Shown: one piece after another, positions 8,916 to 17,193 of the stretch | Layout of the letters: every line of letters begins with the position of its first letter | Numbering within the stretch: position 1 is the stretch's first letter | Origin: a virus | Lineage: Duplodnaviria; Heunggongvirae; Uroviricota; Caudoviricetes | IMG/VR virus record: IMGVR_UViG_3300037488_000489 | Span: 53,712-117,711 of that record | Length of the DNA: 64,000 bases | Strand: one strand, 5' to 3' | Made by a program: the position numbers and the translations under genes | Notes under the pieces: generated by a model | What the model saw: only the letters and a program-made list of their open reading frames with translations | What the model was told of the DNA's origin: nothing | The model's database searches: none

Positions 8916-9919
8916 TATAATAACTGTTTAGTTTTTAAATATTTTTCTATTGTTTCTAATCCGTGGACTTTTGCAAGATCTGCCCAATCTTTTATCCCTT
9001 CAGCTAAATACTTACGTGGGACGTTAGCATAACCAAAATCAAACAGTTTTGTAATCTGTTGTGAGTTTGCTACACCTGTGACATCACTGTCAAAACTTAA
9101 TATCTGGCTATCAGAATTAGCTTTTAGGTATTCTACATTCTCTTCTGAGAAACAACCTATACCTTCATTCTGTACAGCACAGCTACATGGAAATATCTTT
9201 TTCATCACCATATAGTCTTTCTTACTCTTATTGATAAATGCTACGCTGCAGTTAATTATATCTTCTTTACCGTCCATTACGGTGATTGGAACATTATTAG
9301 GAATCCATTTGTGTTTCTTGTCTTCAAATGGCCTATATACCTTCCAATATTGTCCTTCATATAGATAACCAAATGTCATTTCTTCATCTTTAAGTGCAAA
9401 CTTGCTCTTATTAAGAAATACATTCTTTATAGCATATACATTATTATCTCTAAGGTCTTGAATGTCTATGTGATATTGATTCCAATACTCAAGTTCTCTT
9501 TTAGTGAACTTCCTGGTACTCACCTGGATGATAGAGTATCTCTTTTCTATCTGAGGCTGCTTGTATTCAGAAACTATCTTCTTATACTCTTCTGTAGATC
9601 TACCATCACTGATGCCCAACCCAAAGTCTTTATCTATAAGCTTTAGTGTGTCTATCATGTTTGGTAGCATAAACAGCTTTTGTACAAAGTTAAAACAGTC
9701 ACCTCGCAAGCTTGTATCAGCAAAGTCTATAAATGATATGTAACCAAGTTTGTTACCAATAACAAATGATGGATTATTCTCTTTCCTAAATGGAGAATAT
9801 GTAACCCTATTAAGTTTCCAATCATGATCTGGCATATAGAATCTAAATATATCATATTCAGATATCTTGCTGAGCACCGCTTCTATAGACAATTTTGTCT
9901 TCTTTACTCCTTTAATCAT
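8915..9919 (-). CDS. putative primase-like protein (DnaG zinc-binding-domain-like N-terminus, degenerate)
   Basis: 'YSPFRKENNPSFVI' resembles DnaG 'CPFHDEKTPSF'. Following 'ISFIDFADTSLRGDCFNFV' resembles 'CFGCG..GD...F'. Zinc ligands mostly lost. Sits between helicase and ATPase genes. Confidence 0.35.
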   Translation of the reverse strand: MIKGVKKTKLSIEAVLSKISEYDIFRFYMPDHDWKLNRVTYSPFRKENNPSFVIGNKLGYISFIDFADTSLRGDCFNFVQKLFMLPNMIDTLKLIDKDFGLGISDGRSTEEYKKIVSEYKQPQIEKRYSIIQVSTRKFTKRELEYWNQYHIDIQDLRDNNVYAIKNVFLNKSKFALKDEEMTFGYLYEGQYWKVYRPFEDKKHKWIPNNVPITVMDGKEDIINCSVAFINKSKKDYMVMKKIFPCSCAVQNEGIGCFSEENVEYLKANSDSQILSFDSDVTGVANSQQITKLFDFGYANVPRKYLAEGIKDWADLAKVHGLETIEKYLKTKQLL

Positions 9920-9979
9920 GATTCATGTTTAATAAAAAAGCCCCACATTTCTGTGAGGCTTTTGTTGAGGATTTATATT

Positions 9980-10855
9980 TTAATAGTCACCATCATCTTC
10001 AGCAATCACCTTATCAGATGCTACCAGATTGTCATCAGAGTTATAGTCTCTCAAGTCTTTTAATGTATAAAAGTCTTTACAACCATACTCGCCTGTAACG
10101 TTAATTACAAAACGCTCGTGAGGTTTCAAATCTTTAGATTTCTTAGCACGTATTGCTTTCAAGTTATCAGAAGCACTATAATCAAGTAATCTGAAGTTCT
10201 TTAATGCATATGCAGGTAAGAATGCTTTATTGAAGATAGTTTGATATTCTTTAGGACCATCTTCTTTCTCTACAGTTTTGATAGCGGCTAATGCAACTAC
10301 GTTTGTAGCGTATTCACCACCCACTTGACTCTTTAAGTCTTTAACATTACCTTTCATTAACTTAGACCACTCAATCTGTAATGTAGATTCAGCATCACGT
10401 AAGTCAAGATTACCTAACCACGTACGTAAGAAGTTATAAAGATCTTCTTCACCTACATAAGCTACACGGTATTCTCTACCTGAGAACCATGTTGGTAAGT
10501 TGTTTACGTCATCAGCCCAAGAACACATACCTACAGCATTAATATACTGCTTCTTAGTAGCATCTTTGTTTTCTTTCTCTTTGTTTTCTAAGAAGAAAGT
10601 CACCTTGAACTTATCTTTGTTCTTAACTTCTTCTAACCAAACATCTACACGTAAAATAGTGTTACCATTTTGGTTCTTACTTAGATACTCAACAGCTTTA
10701 CTGTCTTCTTTCAATTCCATTCCTAGAATGTCCTTGTACTCTTCCATAGTTGGATTGATTGAAACTACTTCAGCTTCAAATAAACCTACTTTTTTCGCAA
10801 ACTCTTTGTTGTCAAACTGTTGCGATTCTCTTTTTTTGCCTCCAATGTTACTCAT
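9980..10855 (-). CDS. hypothetical protein with acidic C-terminal tail (possible SSB-like)
   Basis: 291 aa ending '...VIAEDDGDY'. Acidic tail and position next to a RecA-fold ATPase suggest an ssDNA-binding role. No OB-fold motif verified. Confidence 0.3.
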   Translation of the reverse strand: MSNIGGKKRESQQFDNKEFAKKVGLFEAEVVSINPTMEEYKDILGMELKEDSKAVEYLSKNQNGNTILRVDVWLEEVKNKDKFKVTFFLENKEKENKDATKKQYINAVGMCSWADDVNNLPTWFSGREYRVAYVGEEDLYNFLRTWLGNLDLRDAESTLQIEWSKLMKGNVKDLKSQVGGEYATNVVALAAIKTVEKEDGPKEYQTIFNKAFLPAYALKNFRLLDYSASDNLKAIRAKKSKDLKPHERFVINVTGEYGCKDFYTLKDLRDYNSDDNLVASDKVIAEDDGDY

Positions 10856-10879
10856 TGTTTTCTCTGTTTTTGTTTATGA

Positions 10880-11551
10880 TTAATTATAATACTCGTCTAT
10901 TGCATTTACAACTGATTGTAAATTGTTTGGAATCTTTACTTCTGTAAACATACCATCTGGACTCTTAGCTGGATACTTTCTAAAACGATTAGTTAAGAAG
11001 TTATAGTTAGCTGAGCCATCTTTGTTGTCTTCAACATGTGTGTATAAGCACACAGTTAATAAACCTTCAAGAACAATCTGATTATCAATCAACTTACCTG
11101 CTGTCTTAATCTTGTATCCTATAATCTCACCACCGTCCTCAATAGTCTCAGGGTGTGTAAAATAGAACACTTTTAAGTCATCACGTAAGCGTCTTGCTTC
11201 TCTGAATAATTCCACCATATCTCTAGCCATTAGAGTGAACTTGGTAAAACCAACCTCTGTAGCTTTAGATACAATATTGAATCCCATAATGTAATTAGAG
11301 TCTTCAATAATGATGTTCTTGATGTGAGGAGCTTTATCTGAAATCACTCGTAATAACTTTGTGATTTCAATTGCATCATCTACCTCTTTGTAGTTCTTGT
11401 TCTCCAAATTATACAATTTCTCTGCTCCCTTGAAAGGTAATTCTTTCTTAGCAACGTTGATGATGTACGTTTCTTTTGGATCTAAATGTTTGATTGATGT
11501 GGACTTTCCTGTACCAGTGGCACCCACAATACCAATTAATTTGCTTGACAT
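10880..11551 (-). CDS. P-loop NTPase (possibly Sak4-like RecA-fold ATPase)
   Basis: Walker A 'GIVGATGTGKST', Walker B 'NIIIEDSNY'. About 220 aa, as in phage Sak4-type core recombinases. Confidence 0.5.
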   Translation of the reverse strand: MSSKLIGIVGATGTGKSTSIKHLDPKETYIINVAKKELPFKGAEKLYNLENKNYKEVDDAIEITKLLRVISDKAPHIKNIIIEDSNYIMGFNIVSKATEVGFTKFTLMARDMVELFREARRLRDDLKVFYFTHPETIEDGGEIIGYKIKTAGKLIDNQIVLEGLLTVCLYTHVEDNKDGSANYNFLTNRFRKYPAKSPDGMFTEVKIPNNLQSVVNAIDEYYN

Positions 11552-11554
11552 ATT

Positions 11555-11767
11555 TTAACTGTTTTGTTCGTCCAAAGATACATTAATTTCATCAGTTTTC
11601 AAAATATTTGTTTTAGATTTTAATATTTCTGGATTAGCTATAACTGATAAATAGAAGGCTTCTGCAGTATCTTTATTTGCAAACCATTTAATATTATTAC
11701 CATCAATTTTTACTAAAAACATAGTACCACTTCCTATGGAAGTTTCTTCAATTAATTCTATTTTCAT
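11555..11767 (-). CDS. hypothetical small protein (70 aa)
   Basis: ORF; 4-nt overlap with upstream gene. Confidence 0.4.
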   Translation of the reverse strand: MKIELIEETSIGSGTMFLVKIDGNNIKWFANKDTAEAFYLSVIANPEILKSKTNILKTDEINVSLDEQNS

Positions 11768-12864
11768 ATGTATTTTATTTTGTTTTTGTCAAAGAACTCT
11801 AACGCTTTGTTGAGCCATTTCTTTTCCACTTCTTCCGTGGAACACACTATGTATATGTGTGCTTTTTTGTCTGGTGTATTATACTCCATAGCCATGCATC
11901 TATTAATCTTTTGTGCTAGGTTTTCACCATTGCTATCAAAGTAATTGATAATCACACGGTTAAGTGGTTTATACGTAACACCAGTGTTTCCAATCTTTAC
12001 AACAGCAAGGTGATTACCCTCACCATTAGCAAAGTCTTCAAACACTTCTTTATCTCCTGCTTTACTATGATATACAGGTATACCTAATTCATCAGCTGTT
12101 TTAGTAACACCACAGAATACTAATACACGCTCATCTTTGTGCTTTTGTAGTAGTCTCTGAGTTAAACGAAGCTTTGCTACACTGTTTTGTATGATTCTCA
12201 TTCTGGCTAAACGTAAGAACATAGTTGCCTTACCTTGTCTTTCCATCTGATCTATCACCCAGCCATACGCATCAAATTGCTTCTTTTCAGTTTTCCACTT
12301 ACCTTTGTAGTTGTATTTTATTACATCATCTAAAGGAGTGGTAATTACAGTGATTTCATAGTCTGTTATAACACCTTCTTCAATAGCCTGCTCAATAGGA
12401 TATTCAGCTAATACATTCAGTCCAAGCTCTTCTCTAAGTGTTTTTTCTGTATAGCTAGATAGCGTACCAGTTAAACCAAGCACACTGATGCATTTTAGGT
12501 CCTTTACAGCCTCTATTTGTGCTTCTGACAGCAAATGTATCTCATCTAGTATTACTAGGTCAAATACACCACCTGTGTGCTTTTTAATAGATAAGTGCGT
12601 AGTGTACGTAATATTGGAATTCTTATACTTTCTAGCCTTGAAATCCTCTTCCCAAGATGTTTTAATCTTTAAGTCAGGATAGGCTATTAGTATATTGATA
12701 TCCTTATCTAGTTTTTCCAGGATGTTGATAGTTGTATATATCTTACCAAATCTAGGACATAGATTAAGAATACCAAACTCACCATGCTCTAAGAATATAT
12801 TAGCAAACTCTTGCTGTCTATTATCCCTTAAAGTAGGCTTCTGGTTCTTCTGGAGGGTTGCCAT
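11764..12864 (-). CDS. superfamily-2 helicase-like ATPase (DExH)
   Basis: Motif I-like 'CPRFGKIYT', motif II 'LVILDEIHLL' (DEIH), conserved 'GLTGTLS'. Replication cluster. Confidence 0.5.
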   Translation of the reverse strand: MATLQKNQKPTLRDNRQQEFANIFLEHGEFGILNLCPRFGKIYTTINILEKLDKDINILIAYPDLKIKTSWEEDFKARKYKNSNITYTTHLSIKKHTGGVFDLVILDEIHLLSEAQIEAVKDLKCISVLGLTGTLSSYTEKTLREELGLNVLAEYPIEQAIEEGVITDYEITVITTPLDDVIKYNYKGKWKTEKKQFDAYGWVIDQMERQGKATMFLRLARMRIIQNSVAKLRLTQRLLQKHKDERVLVFCGVTKTADELGIPVYHSKAGDKEVFEDFANGEGNHLAVVKIGNTGVTYKPLNRVIINYFDSNGENLAQKINRCMAMEYNTPDKKAHIYIVCSTEEVEKKWLNKALEFFDKNKIKYI

Positions 12865-13033
12865 GGTTTATAATTATTGTATGTGACCAAAATAACCATT
12901 CAATGTTAATAGCTACATACGGATCAAATTCCTGTATGTTGTTCATAATAGCTACAGTTGGTATCAGGACTACCTGCCACCAATGGCTATCTTTGCTTGG
13001 TAAAGTGTTGTACACTTTGCTTGTTATTCTCAT
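12821..13033 (-). CDS. hypothetical small protein (70 aa)
   Basis: Short ORF between helicase genes, overlapping the downstream gene start. May be non-coding. Confidence 0.25.
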   Translation of the reverse strand: MRITSKVYNTLPSKDSHWWQVVLIPTVAIMNNIQEFDPYVAINIEWLFWSHTIIINHGNPPEEPEAYFKG

Positions 13034-13036
13034 GTT

Positions 13037-14107
13037 TTATTTGTTTAGGAAATACGTTTTATTTAATACAGACTTATAATCATCTTCAGTCATGTCTCTT
13101 TGTCTTGGTAGCTCTTTGAACATACCAATTTGACCTAGAAAACCTAAGCCTATTCTTACATCATCCTCACCATAACTATTCTTAATTAGTCTTAGTGATC
13201 TAAAATACTTGGCACCATAATCATCTGTTAGTCTATTAAGATCATAACCAGATGGGTCTGCCACCTTATATCTCATAGGGTCAAACAATGCTAATACAAC
13301 ATCAGCATCATCCTGTGTAGAACTTGATTCTTTAAAATCTTCTAATCTTGGTTCAACATCACCGTTCTTTAATCTCATTTGATTAGAGATGTCACGATTG
13401 AACTGACTAACAACAACTGGACTATATCCATACATATCTCTAGCATATCTTAGCTCATCAGACATCTTGTCAATAGCTTGCTTCTTTGTAGGCTGGTCTT
13501 TAGTAATCTTTAATAGACCAATATGATCTATAACTACAATAGTCACTTCATTCTCGTTATTAGGAATGTATTTCTTATTATACTGATCAAGTTGTACTAT
13601 CTCACCATTAGCTAAAGCATGAGCTTTTAGCTCTTTAGCAATACCTACAGCATTCTCTGGACCATCAATGATTGTCATCACCTCATTCATCTCTCCCATG
13701 TAATCTTCATACATTAAGAACAGATCATGTTCGTCATGAGTCATCTTATCAGTCCAACCAAGCATTTTATTAACAGGAATGATTATCCCTTGGTCTAAAA
13801 ATATTTTACGAGACACCCATTTAGCAAACTTGTAAGTTCTACTACGCTCCATGGATCTGTATATAATCTTCAGTTTAATATTTGTCTTGTTCTCTTTGCT
13901 TATGTACCAATCAAATGGATTAAGAACATATGCATCATCAATGAATGAAGTCTTACCTGAACCAGTTAAGCCACCCACTAGTGTATACATAGACTTTCTA
14001 ATGCCTATATATCTGTTCAATCTATTAAAGCCCATAGGAATACCGTTATTCCTACCATCCATACCTTCTTGAACTGCTTTCTTTAAATCGTCAAAGCTAT
14101 TGCTCAT
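13037..14107 (-). CDS. DnaB-like replicative helicase (RecA-fold C-terminal domain)
   Basis: Walker A 'GGLTGSGKTSF', Walker B 'TIVVIDHIGLL'. Length and pattern like DnaB/gp4 helicase C-terminal domain. Confidence 0.55.
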   Translation of the reverse strand: MSNSFDDLKKAVQEGMDGRNNGIPMGFNRLNRYIGIRKSMYTLVGGLTGSGKTSFIDDAYVLNPFDWYISKENKTNIKLKIIYRSMERSRTYKFAKWVSRKIFLDQGIIIPVNKMLGWTDKMTHDEHDLFLMYEDYMGEMNEVMTIIDGPENAVGIAKELKAHALANGEIVQLDQYNKKYIPNNENEVTIVVIDHIGLLKITKDQPTKKQAIDKMSDELRYARDMYGYSPVVVSQFNRDISNQMRLKNGDVEPRLEDFKESSSTQDDADVVLALFDPMRYKVADPSGYDLNRLTDDYGAKYFRSLRLIKNSYGEDDVRIGLGFLGQIGMFKELPRQRDMTEDDYKSVLNKTYFLNK

Positions 14108-14295
14108 ATTTTACTTTTTTCAAATTCTTCTTGTGTTGTGAAATTAACGTGTTCTTCGCAATCTTCACACCATCTATCTCCACTATCGTCACTACAGTCA
14201 GCTGCAAACTCACCAGAGTTTACATACTGCCAAACTTTTAATTGGATAGAATCTGCTGATCCACATTTTTCACATACCAAAATTTCATTTTTCAT
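14104..14295 (-). CDS. zinc-ribbon protein (63 aa)
   Basis: 'CEKCGS...CEDCEEH' four-Cys arrangement. Confidence 0.45.
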   Translation of the reverse strand: MKNEILVCEKCGSADSIQLKVWQYVNSGEFAADCSDDSGDRWCEDCEEHVNFTTQEEFEKSKI

Positions 14296-14918
14296 ATATC
14301 TGTGCCTCCTCTTACTATTGGTTCTTCAACCACGGTTTTACCTTCTCTGATTAATTCAATGAAGGGCTCAAATGTTCTTTGATTTAAATACGTAAGACTA
14401 TTCTGCATAAACGTTAACCTATTGGTTTTTGTCTTAACAGAATTCTCTTTTTTCTGAAGCACTTCATATTCTAATGCTGCTATCATTTCCTTGATAGTAT
14501 ATTCACCTTCAGCTAGAATAGCGTAAAGCTTGACTTTACAGTCATCTTTCTTTACACGCATGCTTCTTGTACCTGTGAATGATTGTTTTTTGTGTGTAAA
14601 TGTGTCTGTACCTGGATAAGCTTTCCACCACTCATCAAAATCATTAGCGTCTTTTTTCTGCTTAACGAACTTTGTTTCTGGTGTACCATCTTCATCTAGA
14701 AATCCTAATACAGATTTACCAATGACAGTGAGCTTAAAAGATTCACTAATTAAACCTTTTCTTCTCACTGTCTGGCAAAGCATTTGTAGTTTTGGATCTG
14801 AACACATTTGTTCCACATCAACACCTTCTTCAACAAGTTTAAGGAAATAGATTATATCTAGCGTATAGCCAGCTTTAATAATCTCCTCAAAATGGTAGTG
14901 CGTTACTGTGATGTTCAT
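14292..14918 (-). CDS. hypothetical protein (208 aa)
   Basis: ORF in array. Confidence 0.5.
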   Translation of the reverse strand: MNITVTHYHFEEIIKAGYTLDIIYFLKLVEEGVDVEQMCSDPKLQMLCQTVRRKGLISESFKLTVIGKSVLGFLDEDGTPETKFVKQKKDANDFDEWWKAYPGTDTFTHKKQSFTGTRSMRVKKDDCKVKLYAILAEGEYTIKEMIAALEYEVLQKKENSVKTKTNRLTFMQNSLTYLNQRTFEPFIELIREGKTVVEEPIVRGGTDI

Positions 14919-15123
14919 GTTGTTTGTCTAATATGTTATGTTTGTCAACAACTGTTATTATTGCTGGTTTTCTATGTAATTCTCTATGAATTTCATCAGA
15001 AATCAACTGTTTTTCCTCATGCAAATATATGAAATCTTTCAGAGCTTCACGCTCCCAGTCCTCATTAATTTGTAGGTTTTTTTTCATCTTTTTTATATTT
15101 TTCATTGTTCCAAAAATAACCAC
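14887..15123 (-). CDS. hypothetical small protein
   Basis: ORF; annotated start overlaps upstream ORF by 59 nt, so the real start is probably an internal Met (MKNIKKMKK...). Confidence 0.35.
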   Translation of the reverse strand: MVIFGTMKNIKKMKKNLQINEDWEREALKDFIYLHEEKQLISDEIHRELHRKPAIITVVDKHNILDKQHEHHSNALPF

Positions 15124-15343
15124 AAGACAATGTTACAACACCTAGGCTAGCTATGTGTTCATCTAACATCATGTTCACTTTATATGGAGGTTCTGAAAAA
15201 TAAGATTGACCTAATGGTTCAGCCGTAGCTGTATATCTGTGGCAGCTAAGTCTTAGCATACAACTACCACCTTTGCACATTGAAATATCTGGCATATTAT
15301 TTGGTTTTTGTTTAAAATAAGGAAATTTACCTGTTAGCATCAA
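15065..15343 (-). CDS. hypothetical Cys-rich protein (92 aa)
   Basis: ORF with several Cys (CKGGSC, LSCH, LSCG). Confidence 0.35.
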   Translation of the reverse strand: MMLTGKFPYFKQKPNNMPDISMCKGGSCMLRLSCHRYTATAEPLGQSYFSEPPYKVNMMLDEHIASLGVVTLSCGYFWNNEKYKKDEKKPTN

Positions 15344-15593
15344 TTAAATTTTTTAGTTCTAATTTAGACATAACACCGCTTTGTCTGAATATCTTTTCTT
15401 CACCTTTCATAATAATGATAGTAGGTATACTAGTAATTAAATACTCCTGAGCAAATATTGGTGTATCATCAATATCTATTCTTTGTACATCAATATCATC
15501 ATATTGATCTACCACTTCATTAAATGCTGGTTTAAACACTTTACATGGTCCACACCATGGTGCACTAAAGTACATCACTTTCAAATTGCTCAT
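15327..15593 (-). CDS. trxA: thioredoxin
   Basis: Active site 'WCGPC' at the expected position ('YFSAPWCGPCKVFKP'). 88 aa, thioredoxin-fold spacing. Confidence 0.85.
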   Translation of the reverse strand: MSNLKVMYFSAPWCGPCKVFKPAFNEVVDQYDDIDVQRIDIDDTPIFAQEYLITSIPTIIIMKGEEKIFRQSGVMSKLELKNLIDANR

Positions 15594-15861
15594 CTGCTTT
15601 AGTTTTATTGTTTATGTATAATCTTAATGTTTTGCCTGTATCTTCAAGCATTGCGTAAACCTTATTTCTAGGTCCCCAGTTATAATATTTAACAACACCG
15701 TTCTCAACAACTTCTAATTGTGTAACCAGTGTAGTGTTTAAAATATTTTTACTTATTAGCCTAATACCTTTTATATCTTTTGTTGTTACTTTTCTATTTA
15801 GCATAATATGTTGTTTATTCTGCTGCGTAACCAAAGAACACCCACTCACCATCTCTTTCAT
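15565..15861 (-). CDS. hypothetical protein (98 aa)
   Basis: ORF in array. Confidence 0.4.
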   Translation of the reverse strand: MKEMVSGCSLVTQQNKQHIMLNRKVTTKDIKGIRLISKNILNTTLVTQLEVVENGVVKYYNWGPRNKVYAMLEDTGKTLRLYINNKTKADEQFESDVL

Positions 15862-16375
15862 TGGTGGCTTTCTTATATGTTATTCTAGCTACTGTTTTAT
15901 TACCTTTATCAAGACTCTTTTCCATACATATATATGTAGAACTTTGATGTTTTTCTGTATAAGCTCTAGCTTTTGTTACAGCTTCACCTTTTGTATCACA
16001 AGATGTAATCATTCGTAATCCATCGTCATACACTACATATTTAAGAACCCATTTCTTTGTACCAGGTGTTACAACGTGCTCCACTTGTGACTTGGTCTTG
16101 TTTTTATTACCAACAGGTTGTCTAAGACATATAGCTGAACAATCACGTTTGCTCATACTATGACTATCAAATCTATTATATATGTAAGCAGATACATCAT
16201 TAAACTTACTTTTCTTATATTCTTCTGTTTCATCTCTGAATCCACTTGTAGTACTAATAGTACCATTGTATCCTTCTTGATGACCATATTCATCTTCAGC
16301 TATTTCACATGCTTTTCTATATGCTGCTTCTGCTGTTTTACCAGTACTTCTTGTTTTAAATTGTGTTGCTCCCAT
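15815..16375 (-). CDS. hypothetical protein (186 aa)
   Basis: ORF in array. Confidence 0.5.
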   Translation of the reverse strand: MGATQFKTRSTGKTAEAAYRKACEIAEDEYGHQEGYNGTISTTSGFRDETEEYKKSKFNDVSAYIYNRFDSHSMSKRDCSAICLRQPVGNKNKTKSQVEHVVTPGTKKWVLKYVVYDDGLRMITSCDTKGEAVTKARAYTEKHQSSTYICMEKSLDKGNKTVARITYKKATNERDGEWVFFGYAAE

Positions 16376-16386
16376 AATTAACTGTT

Positions 16387-16641
16387 TTAGTTTTTAATAC
16401 GTAATCCAAATTGTAAATCCCACCATTGAAAGGTACTTTCAGCTCTTGATTTATTACATTTAAACACCTTTTTAATTAGTGGTAATGCATAAGCTTTGAA
16501 TGCTTCATGTTGTTCTTCTGTCATGGTCCATTTGCTGTACCATTCTTTTGTCATGTGAGCTTCCTGGATAGACTTACCAACCATTTCTAGTTGATAGTCT
16601 ACCAAATGCTCACCAATGTTTTCTCTATTTATCTTTGCCAT
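16387..16641 (-). CDS. hypothetical protein (84 aa)
   Basis: ORF in array. Confidence 0.45.
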   Translation of the reverse strand: MAKINRENIGEHLVDYQLEMVGKSIQEAHMTKEWYSKWTMTEEQHEAFKAYALPLIKKVFKCNKSRAESTFQWWDLQFGLRIKN

Positions 16642-16952
16642 TAGAATGTATCTATTTGTTTAATTATTTCATCATAGTCATAGATGTCTTCTTCTTGATC
16701 TGCTTTCATTAATAGTTTTGCAGCTACTTTAGCACATTTCTTAGCTGTATCTATACCTGTATATGGATCTTGTCCTATAATTGGTAGGAATTCCATTACT
16801 AGTTCTGCTGCTTTGTGTTTGTTGTCCATGTTATAATTGTTTAGCTTTTTCAATGAAGAATTTAATAGTGGCAAGCTCTGCATCTTCATAGCTTGCATTG
16901 TTTTGCAATAACTGTGTTGTATGATAGTCATTGACAGGTGTGTGACATACAA
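16641..16952 (-). CDS. hypothetical protein (103 aa)
   Basis: ORF. Overlaps 16831..17193 out of frame; one of the two may be mis-started. Confidence 0.35.
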   Translation of the reverse strand: MYVTHLSMTIIQHSYCKTMQAMKMQSLPLLNSSLKKLNNYNMDNKHKAAELVMEFLPIIGQDPYTGIDTAKKCAKVAAKLLMKADQEEDIYDYDEIIKQIDTF

Positions 16953-17193
16953 CTATGTTTGTACTACCTATTGAATATCTAAGATCGTACTTCTCTCTGA
17001 AAAATCTAAATGCCTGTCTATATGTAGGAGCGTGGATTAGATTGGTCATATTAATAGACATGTTTCTATATATATTCCATTTTAATTCTAAATCCTCATC
17101 TTTCTCTCCTAAATAATGTGCAGCACATTTTTCATTAAAGCCTAACTCTTTAAGGTCTTTTGATTCTTGATATGGTAAAAATTCTTTTTCCAT
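16831..17193 (-). CDS. hypothetical protein (120 aa)
   Basis: ORF directly downstream of the polymerase gene (1-nt overlap). Confidence 0.4.
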   Translation of the reverse strand: MEKEFLPYQESKDLKELGFNEKCAAHYLGEKDEDLELKWNIYRNMSINMTNLIHAPTYRQAFRFFREKYDLRYSIGSTNIVVCHTPVNDYHTTQLLQNNASYEDAELATIKFFIEKAKQL

